DNA from: an uncultured Acidimicrobiaceae bacterium | Lineage (GTDB): Bacteria; Actinomycetota; Acidimicrobiia; Acidimicrobiales; RAAP-2 | Direction of reading: 5' to 3' | DNA length: 64,000 nt | NCBI GenBank assembly: GCA_963719485.1 | Contig: OY970387.1 | Location: 1,899,717 to 1,963,716 of the forward strand | In this document: piece after piece, positions 1-8,346 of the stretch | Layout: the number at the start of each line of letters is the position of its first letter | How positions within the stretch are numbered: position 1 is the first letter of the stretch | Made by a program: the position numbers and the translations under genes | The notes under the pieces: model-generated | The model's database searches: none | What the model saw: the letters and a program-made list of their open reading frames with translations, nothing else | What the model was told of the DNA's origin: nothing

Positions 1-80
1 CGATTCGCGCTCTACCAGGGAGAATGTCGTTCCGCCCCCCGGGGCTACGCTGGCCCGGATCGCCAATTGCAGGAGGTGCC

Positions 81-374
81 ATGTCCCCGGACACCGAGGA
101 ACAAGCAGTCGAGGAAGGTGAGCCGGTCGAGCCCATCGGGCACGTGCGCGTGGTGTACCTCGGGCCGGTGGCCCCCCACTGGGAGGTGCAGTCGGACTAC
201 GGCCCGCCCGAGGTGATCGAGCAATTCCGTGAGCGCGTCCTGGCCCGTCTGGTGCTGCTCCCCCCGCACGACCCCCAGTTCCGACGCAACAGCGAGCGTG
301 TCGTCCGCGACGCCGAGCGCGAGCAGCTCGCGCTCGAGTGGGTCCTCGACTGGGGCGAGGAGGCCGAGGCCTGA
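81..374 (+). CDS. hypothetical acidic protein (97 aa)
   Basis: Part of ORF 24..374. The ATG at 81 is preceded by AGGAGG at 71-76. No family recognised. Confidence 0.55.
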   Translation: MSPDTEEQAVEEGEPVEPIGHVRVVYLGPVAPHWEVQSDYGPPEVIEQFRERVLARLVLLPPHDPQFRRNSERVVRDAEREQLALEWVLDWGEEAEA

Positions 375-537
375 TCCTGGGCGCCCCGGAGCGCCAGGCA
401 GGGCCCCGAACGCGGCCGTCAGCCGCACCCAACTTGCCCCCGACGAGCCACGTGGGCGAGACCCCCGTAGTGGAAGCATGGCGCCGTTGTTGTTGGCGTG
501 TTGCGGGCCAGGCGCCCGCCTTGAGGGGGAGGCAACG

Positions 538-921
538 ATGGGGGAAACAAGCACGATGGACGACGTCACAGTCGTCCGGGACATCCGGGGGCTGGTCGGT
601 GAGCTGACCGATGACGAGCTGGCGCTTGTGCGTACGCTCACGCCGTCCGACTTGACGCCGGCGGCCACGGTCGAGCACCTGACCGACCTCGTCGATCTGC
701 TGGCGACGATCCGCTCCGACGAGACCATGGCCGACTACGTCTATGCCATCGCGCCCAGCTGGGACGGCAGTATCGAGACTTTGCTGCTCGGCGGCCGGGT
801 CACCACCGCGTTCAACCGCCACGAGCTCGAGAGCTGTGGGGCCGCCGCGTTCGTGGCGTCCGAGCGTTGTGAGCCGGCGCGGCGTGCCCGCCCGCGCCGA
901 GTTGCCGTTTCGGTCGGCTGA
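538..921 (+). CDS. hypothetical protein (127 aa)
   Basis: 3' part of ORF 229..921. The ATG at 538 is preceded by GAGGGGGAGG. The upstream part of the ORF is Pro/Arg/Ser-rich and looks like a non-coding frame. Confidence 0.5.
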   Translation: MGETSTMDDVTVVRDIRGLVGELTDDELALVRTLTPSDLTPAATVEHLTDLVDLLATIRSDETMADYVYAIAPSWDGSIETLLLGGRVTTAFNRHELESCGAAAFVASERCEPARRARPRRVAVSVG

Positions 922-949
922 CCCGGCAGGACAAGCCGCCGACTTCTTT

Positions 950-984
950 CCCCAGACTCTAAACAGGTTTGTTTAGAGTCGGGG
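950..984. repeat. AT-rich perfect inverted repeat/hairpin: GACTCTAAACA-ggtt-TGTTTAGAGTC, flanked by CCCC/GGGG
   Basis: Read directly. Arms are at 955-965 and 970-980, in the gap between convergent genes. Confidence 0.7.
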
Positions 985-1054
985 GGAGAACGCCGGCGGA
1001 TTCAAGGGGTCTGCGCCGAGACCCGCCGTGCTCAGTCCGCACGCCGGGGACTGC

Positions 1055-2260
1055 TCAGTCCAGGAGCCCGATCCGGGCGAGCCACAGTCCGGGCGCGTCC
1101 ACCTCGGCCGGCGTCGGCAGATCGAGCTCGTCGGCCCACAGCCGGGTCAGCGCACTCTCGTCCGCCCGTTCCAGGACGCCCGTGACGAAGGCGCGCCCAC
1201 GATCGACCTCGTCCTGGCCGACGTTGAGCCCGAAAAGGCCGGCAAACGCCTGCTCGCCCTTGCCCTCCTCGATCCGGTAGCGGTACCAGGCTTCGCGCAG
1301 GGCAGACGGCGATGACGTCAACGTCTCGGCGATGCCTGCCGTGATGTGATCCACATACGCGCTGATGGCGGTCGTCTGGGCGGTCAGCGCACTCGAGATG
1401 CTGCGCTGCTCGGGGCTGATGAGGTCGGAGAGCAGCGCTTCAGGATCTCCCAGTGCCTCCTCGAGCGACGCCTGGTCTCCCAGCCCCTCGCCGAGGCGCT
1501 CGACGATGGAGCGCTGCGCCGCCGCGGCGTGGGCGGACGCGTCGCCCAGCAGCGTCATGAGCGAGGCGCGCACGCCGGGCCGGGTGAGGACCGCGTGCAT
1601 GGTCAGCTCGCGCAGGCAGACCCAGAGCTGGACCTCCTGCAGCGGGAGGCTCCAGTCCTCGGCGAAGCGGGCCACGTTGCCCGGCACGAGCAGCAGGGTC
1701 GTCGACTCGGGCCAGGGCAGCGGCAGCGCGTACTGGCCGAAGGCGCGGCGGGCCAGGTGCCCGGCGGCGGAGCCGAACTGCATGCCGAGGAAGACCGGGC
1801 CGAGTGTGAGCGCGAACTGGCCGAGCAACCCGCCGAGGCCGGCGGAGGAGTCGGGGTCGAGCTCGCTGAGGTCGAGCGACGACGGCACGGCCGCCGCCCC
1901 CTGCTGCTGTGCGTCGACCATCGACTTGAGGACGGGCCGGTACGCCTCGAGCACGCGGAAGCTCCATTGCCCGGGCCCGACCGTCTCGAAGGAGACCCCG
2001 CCGGCGCCCGATGCCGGCCCGATGCCGGTCGCCTCGACGACGTGCAGCTCGGCCACCCGGGCCAGTTCCTCGAAGGCGATCCGCACCAGTGGATCGGGGT
2101 TCTCGTCCTCGCCGTTGTCGGTGGCCACCCCGAACGCCAGGGTGCGGGCGGCCTCGAACCAGCTGTCACCGGCCCCCGGGCCCGACCCGATGACCTTCAT
2201 GAGGTCGCCGAGGAGACCCCCCATCGGGTTGTCGGGGTCGTTGGAACCGAACATGCTCAC
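1055..2260 (-). CDS. DUF2342 / zincin-like putative hydrolase family protein (no HExxH motif seen)
   Basis: 401-aa ORF. The N-terminal 'GGLLGDLMKVIG' and the overall pattern resemble the actinobacterial DUF2342 (TIGR03624-like) family. Confidence 0.75.
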   Translation of the reverse strand: MSMFGSNDPDNPMGGLLGDLMKVIGSGPGAGDSWFEAARTLAFGVATDNGEDENPDPLVRIAFEELARVAELHVVEATGIGPASGAGGVSFETVGPGQWSFRVLEAYRPVLKSMVDAQQQGAAAVPSSLDLSELDPDSSAGLGGLLGQFALTLGPVFLGMQFGSAAGHLARRAFGQYALPLPWPESTTLLLVPGNVARFAEDWSLPLQEVQLWVCLRELTMHAVLTRPGVRASLMTLLGDASAHAAAAQRSIVERLGEGLGDQASLEEALGDPEALLSDLISPEQRSISSALTAQTTAISAYVDHITAGIAETLTSSPSALREAWYRYRIEEGKGEQAFAGLFGLNVGQDEVDRGRAFVTGVLERADESALTRLWADELDLPTPAEVDAPGLWLARIGLLD

Positions 2261-2269
2261 CCTCGCATG

Positions 2270-3487
2270 CTATGAGGACCGGCCGAGGGTGATGTCCACG
2301 ACCCTGGGCCCGCCGGGCTGCTGCACCGAGACCGTGATGGGGGCACCGGGGGGCAGCACGTAGAGACGCGCCCGCAGCTCCGCCATGGAGCGGACCGGGG
2401 TGGCGTTCAGGGCGACGATGAGCTGCCCGGCCTGCAGGTGACCCGAGGCGGGCCCACCGGACTGCACCTGCTCCACCCGGGCACCGGCGTCGTCGGGCGC
2501 GTCGGTGCCCTCCACGCCCAACCAGCCGTGGACGACCCGGTTCTGGGATCGGAGGTCGTCGGCCACGCCCACGACGAGGTCGCTGGGGAGGAACGTGACG
2601 GGCGCAGTGCCGGACCCGGCGTCGACAAGGATCCCGACCACGGAGCCCTCGGTGTTGAGCAGCGGTTCGCCGGCGATGACCGATGGCGTCGCCGGTGACG
2701 AGGTGATCGACGGCATGGTGGAGGCCGGGCCACTGGCGATGGCCGCCCCGACGTCGGTCACCGCGCCCGCCGTGCAGTGCAGTGCCGACGACCCGCCTCC
2801 CGCCGGCACGAAGGTGAGGGCCAGATCGGGCGTGCCGCCGTCGAGGTTGGTGTCGTCCGCGAACGGCGCCACCGGAAGGTCCTCGGGGACGTTCACCAAC
2901 GCGATGTCGGACGTCTTGTCCACCGCGACCACCGAGGCGGCCTCGAGCTTGCCACCGGGGCCGACCATGACGATCCGCCGCAGGCCGCCGAGGAGGTCCG
3001 CGGTCGTCGCCACCAGACCCCCTTCGGCCACGGCGACCCCGATCAGCGGCACTGTGCCCTGGGCCGTGATCGCCCGCAGCTCGACGATGGAGTGCCCGGC
3101 CGCCAGGGCCACGGCCGGCACCGCGTTCTGCGGACCGGCCAGGGTGGTCAGGGGCTCATTGGCCGCCGTGTCCTGCGTGGCGCTCTCCAGCGGGTGCTCC
3201 GACGGTGGGGAGAGCAGGACGATGACCCAGGCCACCACCGCCATGACGGCGCCGACGCCGACCAGCACCATGACGGCGCTGCGGTACTGGTGGCCCGTCG
3301 GGCTGTTGAGAAGGATGGGAATGTCCCGATCGGGCCACGGACCAGCGATCTCACTGGGATGGCGCCACAGCCGGTCGTCGGGATCGATCCAGCCGCGTTG
3401 GGGTGAATCGGGGTTGTCCTGACCGCTTTCCCCGCCCTCGCCGGGGCCCGGCACGCCGTCTTCAGGTTCATCGGGCGTGTCACTCAC
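2270..3487 (-). CDS. membrane-anchored HtrA-like (S1C) protein with C-terminal PDZ domain; catalytic His and Ser apparently substituted
   Basis: ORF 2270..3598. It has a TM helix (AVMVLVGVGAVMAVVAWVIVLL), a trypsin-like core with DIALVNV, and a PDZ-like tail. The start is uncertain (GTG 3487; the upstream ATGs at 3559-3598 would overlap the mreB start). Confidence 0.75.
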   Translation of the reverse strand: MSDTPDEPEDGVPGPGEGGESGQDNPDSPQRGWIDPDDRLWRHPSEIAGPWPDRDIPILLNSPTGHQYRSAVMVLVGVGAVMAVVAWVIVLLSPPSEHPLESATQDTAANEPLTTLAGPQNAVPAVALAAGHSIVELRAITAQGTVPLIGVAVAEGGLVATTADLLGGLRRIVMVGPGGKLEAASVVAVDKTSDIALVNVPEDLPVAPFADDTNLDGGTPDLALTFVPAGGGSSALHCTAGAVTDVGAAIASGPASTMPSITSSPATPSVIAGEPLLNTEGSVVGILVDAGSGTAPVTFLPSDLVVGVADDLRSQNRVVHGWLGVEGTDAPDDAGARVEQVQSGGPASGHLQAGQLIVALNATPVRSMAELRARLYVLPPGAPITVSVQQPGGPRVVDITLGRSS

Positions 3488-3557
3488 TGGGGCGACGATA
3501 CCGAGAAAGTCCAGGAAAGTGCCGTCGGCCGACGGCCCGGCCGTACCATGAGGCCCC

Positions 3558-4559
3558 ATGTCGCGCGACCTTGCCATCGACCTCGGCACGGCGAACACGC
3601 TGGTCTACGCCAAGGGGAAGGGCCTGGTGCTGAACGAGCCGACCGTGGTCGCGCTCGATTCGCGCAGCCGCGAGGTGCTCGCCATCGGCACCGACGCCTG
3701 GCAGATGATCGGCCGCACGCCGGGCTACATCGTGGCCGAGCGACCGTTGCGCGGTGGCGCCATCACCGACTTCGAGGTGACCGAGCGGATGCTCAGCGTG
3801 CTGTTGCGCCGGGTCGGAGTCAGCCGGCTCAACCGGCCCAAGGTGCTGATCTGCGTCCCGTCCGCCATCACCGCGGTCGAGCGCCGGGCCGTGAAGGAGG
3901 CGGCACGCCGCGCCGGTGCATCGGCCAGCTTCCTGATCGAGCAGCCGATGGCCGCCGCCATCGGTGCCGGCCTGCCGATCCACGAGCCGGTGGGCAACAT
4001 GGTCGTCGACGTGGGCGGCGGCACGGCCGAGATGGCCGTGATCTCGCTCGGTGGTCTGGTGGCGGTGCAGGCGCTGCGCTGCGGGGGCTTCGACTTCGAC
4101 GCGTCGATCCAGAATTACGTGCGGCACCGTTATGGTGTGGCCGTCGGCGAGCGCACGGCCGAGGCGGTCAAGCTGGCCATCGGGTCGGCGTCACCCCATG
4201 ACGGCGAGCAACAGGCCGAGATCCGGGGGCGGGAGGTGGCGACAGGCCGGCCCAAGACGGTGATCCTCTCCCCGGTCGAGGTCCGTGGCGCGCTGGAGGA
4301 CAACGTGACCTCCATCGTGGCCGCCGCCGTCGAATGCCTGGGCGAGGCGCCACCCGAGCTGGCCCAGGACATCATGTTCGAGGGGGTGCACCTGACCGGC
4401 GGCGGCGCGCTCCTGCGCGGGATGACACAGCGCCTGGCCGACGCCACCGCCGTCCCGGTGCACCTGGTCGACGCGCCGCTCGAGTGCGTCGTCCAGGGAG
4501 CCGGCGTCTGCCTCGAGTCCTTCGACCGCCTGAAACGGCTCTTCACCGAAGAGGACTGA
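3558..4559 (+). CDS. mreB: rod shape-determining protein MreB
   Basis: 333 aa. The N-terminus 'DLAIDLGTANTLVY', 'MVVDVGGGTAEMAVISLGG' and the C-terminal 'GGGALLRGM' are textbook MreB actin-fold motifs. Confidence 0.95.
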   Translation: MSRDLAIDLGTANTLVYAKGKGLVLNEPTVVALDSRSREVLAIGTDAWQMIGRTPGYIVAERPLRGGAITDFEVTERMLSVLLRRVGVSRLNRPKVLICVPSAITAVERRAVKEAARRAGASASFLIEQPMAAAIGAGLPIHEPVGNMVVDVGGGTAEMAVISLGGLVAVQALRCGGFDFDASIQNYVRHRYGVAVGERTAEAVKLAIGSASPHDGEQQAEIRGREVATGRPKTVILSPVEVRGALEDNVTSIVAAAVECLGEAPPELAQDIMFEGVHLTGGGALLRGMTQRLADATAVPVHLVDAPLECVVQGAGVCLESFDRLKRLFTEED

Positions 4560-4565
4560 TCGGTC

Positions 4566-5222
4566 TTACTCGGGGCCGGCCGGCTCGTCGAGCAACTCGC
4601 CCGCCGCCTGGCGCACCTGCCAGTCGCGGTCCTCCGCCGCCGCCCGGAGTGCCGGGGTCACCCGCGGGTCGTCGAACCCGGCCAGCGCCACGGTGGCCCG
4701 GCGCCGCACCGTGGGCGAGTCGCCCAGCGCACCGAGCACGGCCGCCAGCCCGGCCGTGTCACCGATCGCGCCGAGCGCGGCCACCGCGGCCTCGCGGCAG
4801 CGGGCGTCGCCGTGCCCCGTCGCGGTGGCCGCCAGCAACGGGACCGCCGACCCGACGTGGCGCTCGGCGAGGAACCAGGCCGCGCCGACGACGACGAGCG
4901 GGTCGGGGTCGCGCAGCGCACCGGTCACGGCGCGGGGCAACGACGAGCGCGAGCCGGCGCCCCGCGCCGCCAGCGCCACCTCGACGGCGCGCCGCCGGAC
5001 AGCCGGGGCCCCGTCGGCGAGGGCCGCCTCCACGTCGGCGGCCGTCAGATCGCCCAGCCGGGCCAACGCGCCGAGCGCCGCCGCCTGCACGCCGGGGTCG
5101 GGATCGTGGAGCCCACGGCGGGCCGGGCCGGCGTCCCCCCGGTGCCCGGCCACGCTGACGCGCCGCCGCCGGAGCTCGGCGCGGCCGTCGCGGCCACCAT
5201 CCGTGGCAACATCGTCGCTCAC
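4566..5222 (-). CDS. HEAT-repeat protein
   Basis: 3' part of ORF 4566..5783. It carries repeated 'D.D..VR..A..ALG' HEAT/PBS-lyase-like units. The upstream part of the ORF is antisense to the Lon-like gene. The start is uncertain (GTG 5222 or GTG 5153). Confidence 0.7.
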   Translation of the reverse strand: MSDDVATDGGRDGRAELRRRRVSVAGHRGDAGPARRGLHDPDPGVQAAALGALARLGDLTAADVEAALADGAPAVRRRAVEVALAARGAGSRSSLPRAVTGALRDPDPLVVVGAAWFLAERHVGSAVPLLAATATGHGDARCREAAVAALGAIGDTAGLAAVLGALGDSPTVRRRATVALAGFDDPRVTPALRAAAEDRDWQVRQAAGELLDEPAGPE

Positions 5223-5231
5223 CTTCCGAGT

Positions 5232-6473
5232 ATGTCCGAACCTGACGCGACCGCCGACGGGGAAGCCGCGGCGAACCCCACCTCTCCCGACGCGGGCCCC
5301 CACGCGGGCGCGTTGGCGCCCCCGCCCCCGCTCCCGGCCGAGCCCCGGCGCCGACGGCGCCTGTGGCCCGGCGTGCTCGGCGTGCTCGTCGTCATCGTCC
5401 TCGGAACGGGGCTGATCGCGGCGCGCACCTCGGTCAACTACTTCGTCATCACGCCGGGGGACGCGTCGCCGGTCTCGCAGTACATCGAGGTGCCGGCCGC
5501 GGACAACCATCCCCTGACCGGCAAGATCCTGCTGACCGACGTGTTCGTCACCCAGCTGAACGCGCTCAACTACCTGCAGTACCGGTTCTTCGACTCCGAC
5601 AGCGAGGTGATCTCGGGGCCGGACCTGCTCGGCCCGTCGCCGAACGAGAGCCAGTACCTCACACAGGGCTACCTCCAGATGGCCCAGGCCCAGTCGTTCG
5701 CCACCGCGGCGGCACTGACCCACCTCGGCTACACGGTCAGCGCCACCAATGCCGGCGCGCTCGTCTTCGGGATCGAGCCCCATTCACCGGCCGCCTCCTC
5801 CCTGCACGTGGGGCAGGTGATCACCGCCGTCAACGGCACGCCCACCACGACCCAGTGCGCGCTCATTGACGCGCTGCACGGGCTGGCACCGGGCTCGGCC
5901 GCCGCGCTCTCGGTCGAGGAGTCCTCCATCAACGACGTCGGCGAGTTCGTGAGCGGTCCCGTCGTGACGAAGTCGGTGACGCTGGGCACACCGCCGAGGG
6001 GGTTGGTGGACACGGGCTGCGGCCCGCCGACCAAGCCGACGGCCTTCCTCGGCATCGATCCGATGACGCAGCAGGACTGGCAGTTCCCCGTCAAGGTCGT
6101 CGTGCACACGCAGAACATCGGCGGCCCGTCCGCCGGCCTTTCCATGACGCTGGGCATCATCGACAAGCTCAGCAGCGGACGCCTGACGGGGAACCGGATC
6201 GTGGCGGCGACCGGGACCATCGACCAGAACGGCAACGTCGGTGACGTGGGCGGCGTGGCGGAGAAGACCATCGCCGTGGAGCGGGCGGGGGCGACGGTCT
6301 TCTTCGTCCCGTCGGTGGAGTTGCAGGCGGCCGAGTCCAAGGCCACCCCGGGGCTCCACGTCTATGGCGTGAACAACCTGAACCAGGTGCTGCGCATCCT
6401 CAAGCAGCTGGGGGGCATCGTGCCGACCAATCCCGTGGCACCCAAACCTGTGTCGGCCCAGGCTTCGCCGTAG
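5232..6473 (+). CDS. PDZ domain-containing Lon-like (S16) serine protease, membrane-anchored
   Basis: The ATG at 5232 lies within ORF 4812..6473. It has a TM helix, a PDZ-like segment (VGQVITAVNG) and a Lon catalytic region with 'GGPSAGLSMTLGI' and a downstream 'AEK'. Confidence 0.85.
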   Translation: MSEPDATADGEAAANPTSPDAGPHAGALAPPPPLPAEPRRRRRLWPGVLGVLVVIVLGTGLIAARTSVNYFVITPGDASPVSQYIEVPAADNHPLTGKILLTDVFVTQLNALNYLQYRFFDSDSEVISGPDLLGPSPNESQYLTQGYLQMAQAQSFATAAALTHLGYTVSATNAGALVFGIEPHSPAASSLHVGQVITAVNGTPTTTQCALIDALHGLAPGSAAALSVEESSINDVGEFVSGPVVTKSVTLGTPPRGLVDTGCGPPTKPTAFLGIDPMTQQDWQFPVKVVVHTQNIGGPSAGLSMTLGIIDKLSSGRLTGNRIVAATGTIDQNGNVGDVGGVAEKTIAVERAGATVFFVPSVELQAAESKATPGLHVYGVNNLNQVLRILKQLGGIVPTNPVAPKPVSAQASP

Positions 6474-6482
6474 GCTCTGGCC

Positions 6483-8273
6483 ATGGCAGAAGGCCGCGCC
6501 CCCATTTCGTCCTCCAGGATCGCGACCGGCGACATCGCCCAGCACTCCTTCGCCATCGCCCGGCGGGGCTTCGACACCGACGAGGTGCGCTCCTACCTGC
6601 AGTCGGTGTCCCGCAGCCTCGAGGCACTCGAGGCGCGTGAGGAGGAGCTCCGGGCGGCGCTGGCCGAGGCCGAGCAGCGGGCGGCCCATCCGGTGGTGGA
6701 CGAGGCCACCCTGACGACATCACTGGGCCAGCACAGCGCGCAGATCCTGCGCCACGCCCATGAGGAGGCGGCGCGGATCGTGGCCCAGGCCCAGGAAGGG
6801 GCGGCCACCCTGTTGCGCGACACCCAGAGCCAGGTGGACGAGCTCCAGGCGCGGACCGAGGCGTCGTCCGCCGAGCGGGTCGTCGAGGTGGAACTGCTGG
6901 TGGCCAACGCCGAGCAGGAGGCCCGCATCGAGAGTGAGCGCATCGCCGCCGACGCCGTGGCGGAGGGTGAGGCGATCGTCACCCGCGCCAAGGACGAGGG
7001 GCGCGCCCTGCTCGACCAGGTGCAGGAGGCCCGACGCCGTGTCCTGTCCGACCTGGCGGCGCGGCGGCGCGCGCTCGGGATCCAGATCGAACAGCTGCGG
7101 GCCGCACGCGACGAGATGGCGGCCTCGGTGCACGGCGTGCGCGACCGGGTGGACGCCATTCTGAACGAACTGGACCGGACCGACGAGGAGGCGCGCGCGG
7201 CCGCGCAGGCCGTGGCGGACCAGTTCCGCCTCGGCACGGCAGAGGTGCCCCACGACCAGGACGAGGTCGACCAGGCAACCGGCGAGGTGCCACCGACAGG
7301 GCCGACGCCGGTCGTGCGCGGCGAGTCGGGCGGCGACGACGGTGACGACGAGTCCGGCGCCCCCGGTCCCAGCGTCGACGAGCTGTTCGCGCGCATCCGG
7401 GCGGGGTCAGGGGAGACGGAGACCGGGTCCGGGGACACCGGTTCCGGGGACGCCGGTTCCGCGGACGCCGGTTCTGGGGACGCCGGTTCCGGGGACACGG
7501 GGTCCGGGGACACGGGCCAGCCCGGTGCGGGGGCCGAGGCCACAACGGACGCGCCGAAGGCGGCTGCGGCGGCAGTCGGAGCGGCCGACGCGCCGGAACA
7601 AGAACCCGGAGCCGAAGCGGACGCCGAACCCGAGCCGGGTCCCGACGACCCGATCATCGCCCGTCGCGACGAGCTCCTGACGCCGGTGGCAGCCCGGCTG
7701 AGCCGGACGATCAAGCGCACGCTCGGCGACGACCAGAACCGGTTGCTCGATCGGTTGCGTCATGCACCGGGGCTCGGCGATGACGAGCTGATGGGCTCCG
7801 AGGACGAGCATCTGGCCGCCTTCGCCGGCGCGGCGCGCAGCCATCTGGACGAAGCGTTCGCCGCCGGCACCGTGTTCGTCGGAGCGGGTGCGGCGACCAT
7901 TCCCAGAGGCGACGCCGTCGAGCACGCGTCGGCCGGGTTGGCGCGGGCGGTCGTCACGACGCTGCGACGTCAGGTCGCGGAGGGGACGGGGGACCCGGTC
8001 GATCGCGTGGGTGCCGCCTTCCGCGAATGGCGGGGCGAGCGCGTGGAGCGCCTGGCCGGGGACCAGGCCACGTACGCGTTCTCCGCAGGCGTGACTGCGG
8101 CCAGTGTGGACGGCAAGGTGCGCTGGGTGGTCACGACCGCGAGCGGGTGCTCGGACTGTGAGGACAACGCGCTGGCCGGTGCCGTGCACGGCTCGGAGAC
8201 GTTCCCGACCGGCCACACCCACCCGCCGGCCCATTCGGGGTGCCGCTGCCTCATCGCGCCGGCGAGCGACTGA
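6483..8273 (+). CDS. DivIVA domain-containing protein with long coiled coil, GSGD(T/A) repeats and a Cys-rich C-terminal MuF-like domain
   Basis: 596 aa. The N-terminal 'FAIARRGFDTDEVRSYL' is a DivIVA motif. The C-terminus reads 'CSDCEDN...PPAHSGCRCLIAP'. Confidence 0.85.
   Translation: MAEGRAPISSSRIATGDIAQHSFAIARRGFDTDEVRSYLQSVSRSLEALEAREEELRAALAEAEQRAAHPVVDEATLTTSLGQHSAQILRHAHEEAARIVAQAQEGAATLLRDTQSQVDELQARTEASSAERVVEVELLVANAEQEARIESERIAADAVAEGEAIVTRAKDEGRALLDQVQEARRRVLSDLAARRRALGIQIEQLRAARDEMAASVHGVRDRVDAILNELDRTDEEARAAAQAVADQFRLGTAEVPHDQDEVDQATGEVPPTGPTPVVRGESGGDDGDDESGAPGPSVDELFARIRAGSGETETGSGDTGSGDAGSADAGSGDAGSGDTGSGDTGQPGAGAEATTDAPKAAAAAVGAADAPEQEPGAEADAEPEPGPDDPIIARRDELLTPVAARLSRTIKRTLGDDQNRLLDRLRHAPGLGDDELMGSEDEHLAAFAGAARSHLDEAFAAGTVFVGAGAATIPRGDAVEHASAGLARAVVTTLRRQVAEGTGDPVDRVGAAFREWRGERVERLAGDQATYAFSAGVTAASVDGKVRWVVTTASGCSDCEDNALAGAVHGSETFPTGHTHPPAHSGCRCLIAPASD
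7404..7514 (+). repeat. in-frame 15-bp tandem repeat: six GSGD(T/A) units plus one degenerate unit
   Basis: Read directly. ggt/ggg-tcc-ggg-gac-(acc/gcc/acg) units run from 7425 to 7514, preceded by a degenerate GSGETET unit. Confidence 0.9.
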
Positions 8274-8346
8274 CCAGGGCTTCTGACTGCAGCGTCGGCC
8301 GGAGCCTGGCCCTTGGGACGGGCGCGGCGGACGTTAGGCTCCCCAC

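Noticed and set aside
4812-5231. N-terminal extensions of real genes in the ORF track: 4812..5231 of the Lon-like gene, 229..537, 24315..24569, 26590..26721, 41412..41546 and 33316..33354.
   Set aside because: The extensions overlap the preceding or opposite gene and are low-complexity. Internal starts with an RBS or ATGA/GTGA coupling give family-typical N-termini.
7404-7514. Short regular repeats considered as a possible CRISPR array.
   Set aside because: The unit is only 15 bp, has no spacers and is in-frame inside a protein-coding gene. It is a peptide tandem repeat.
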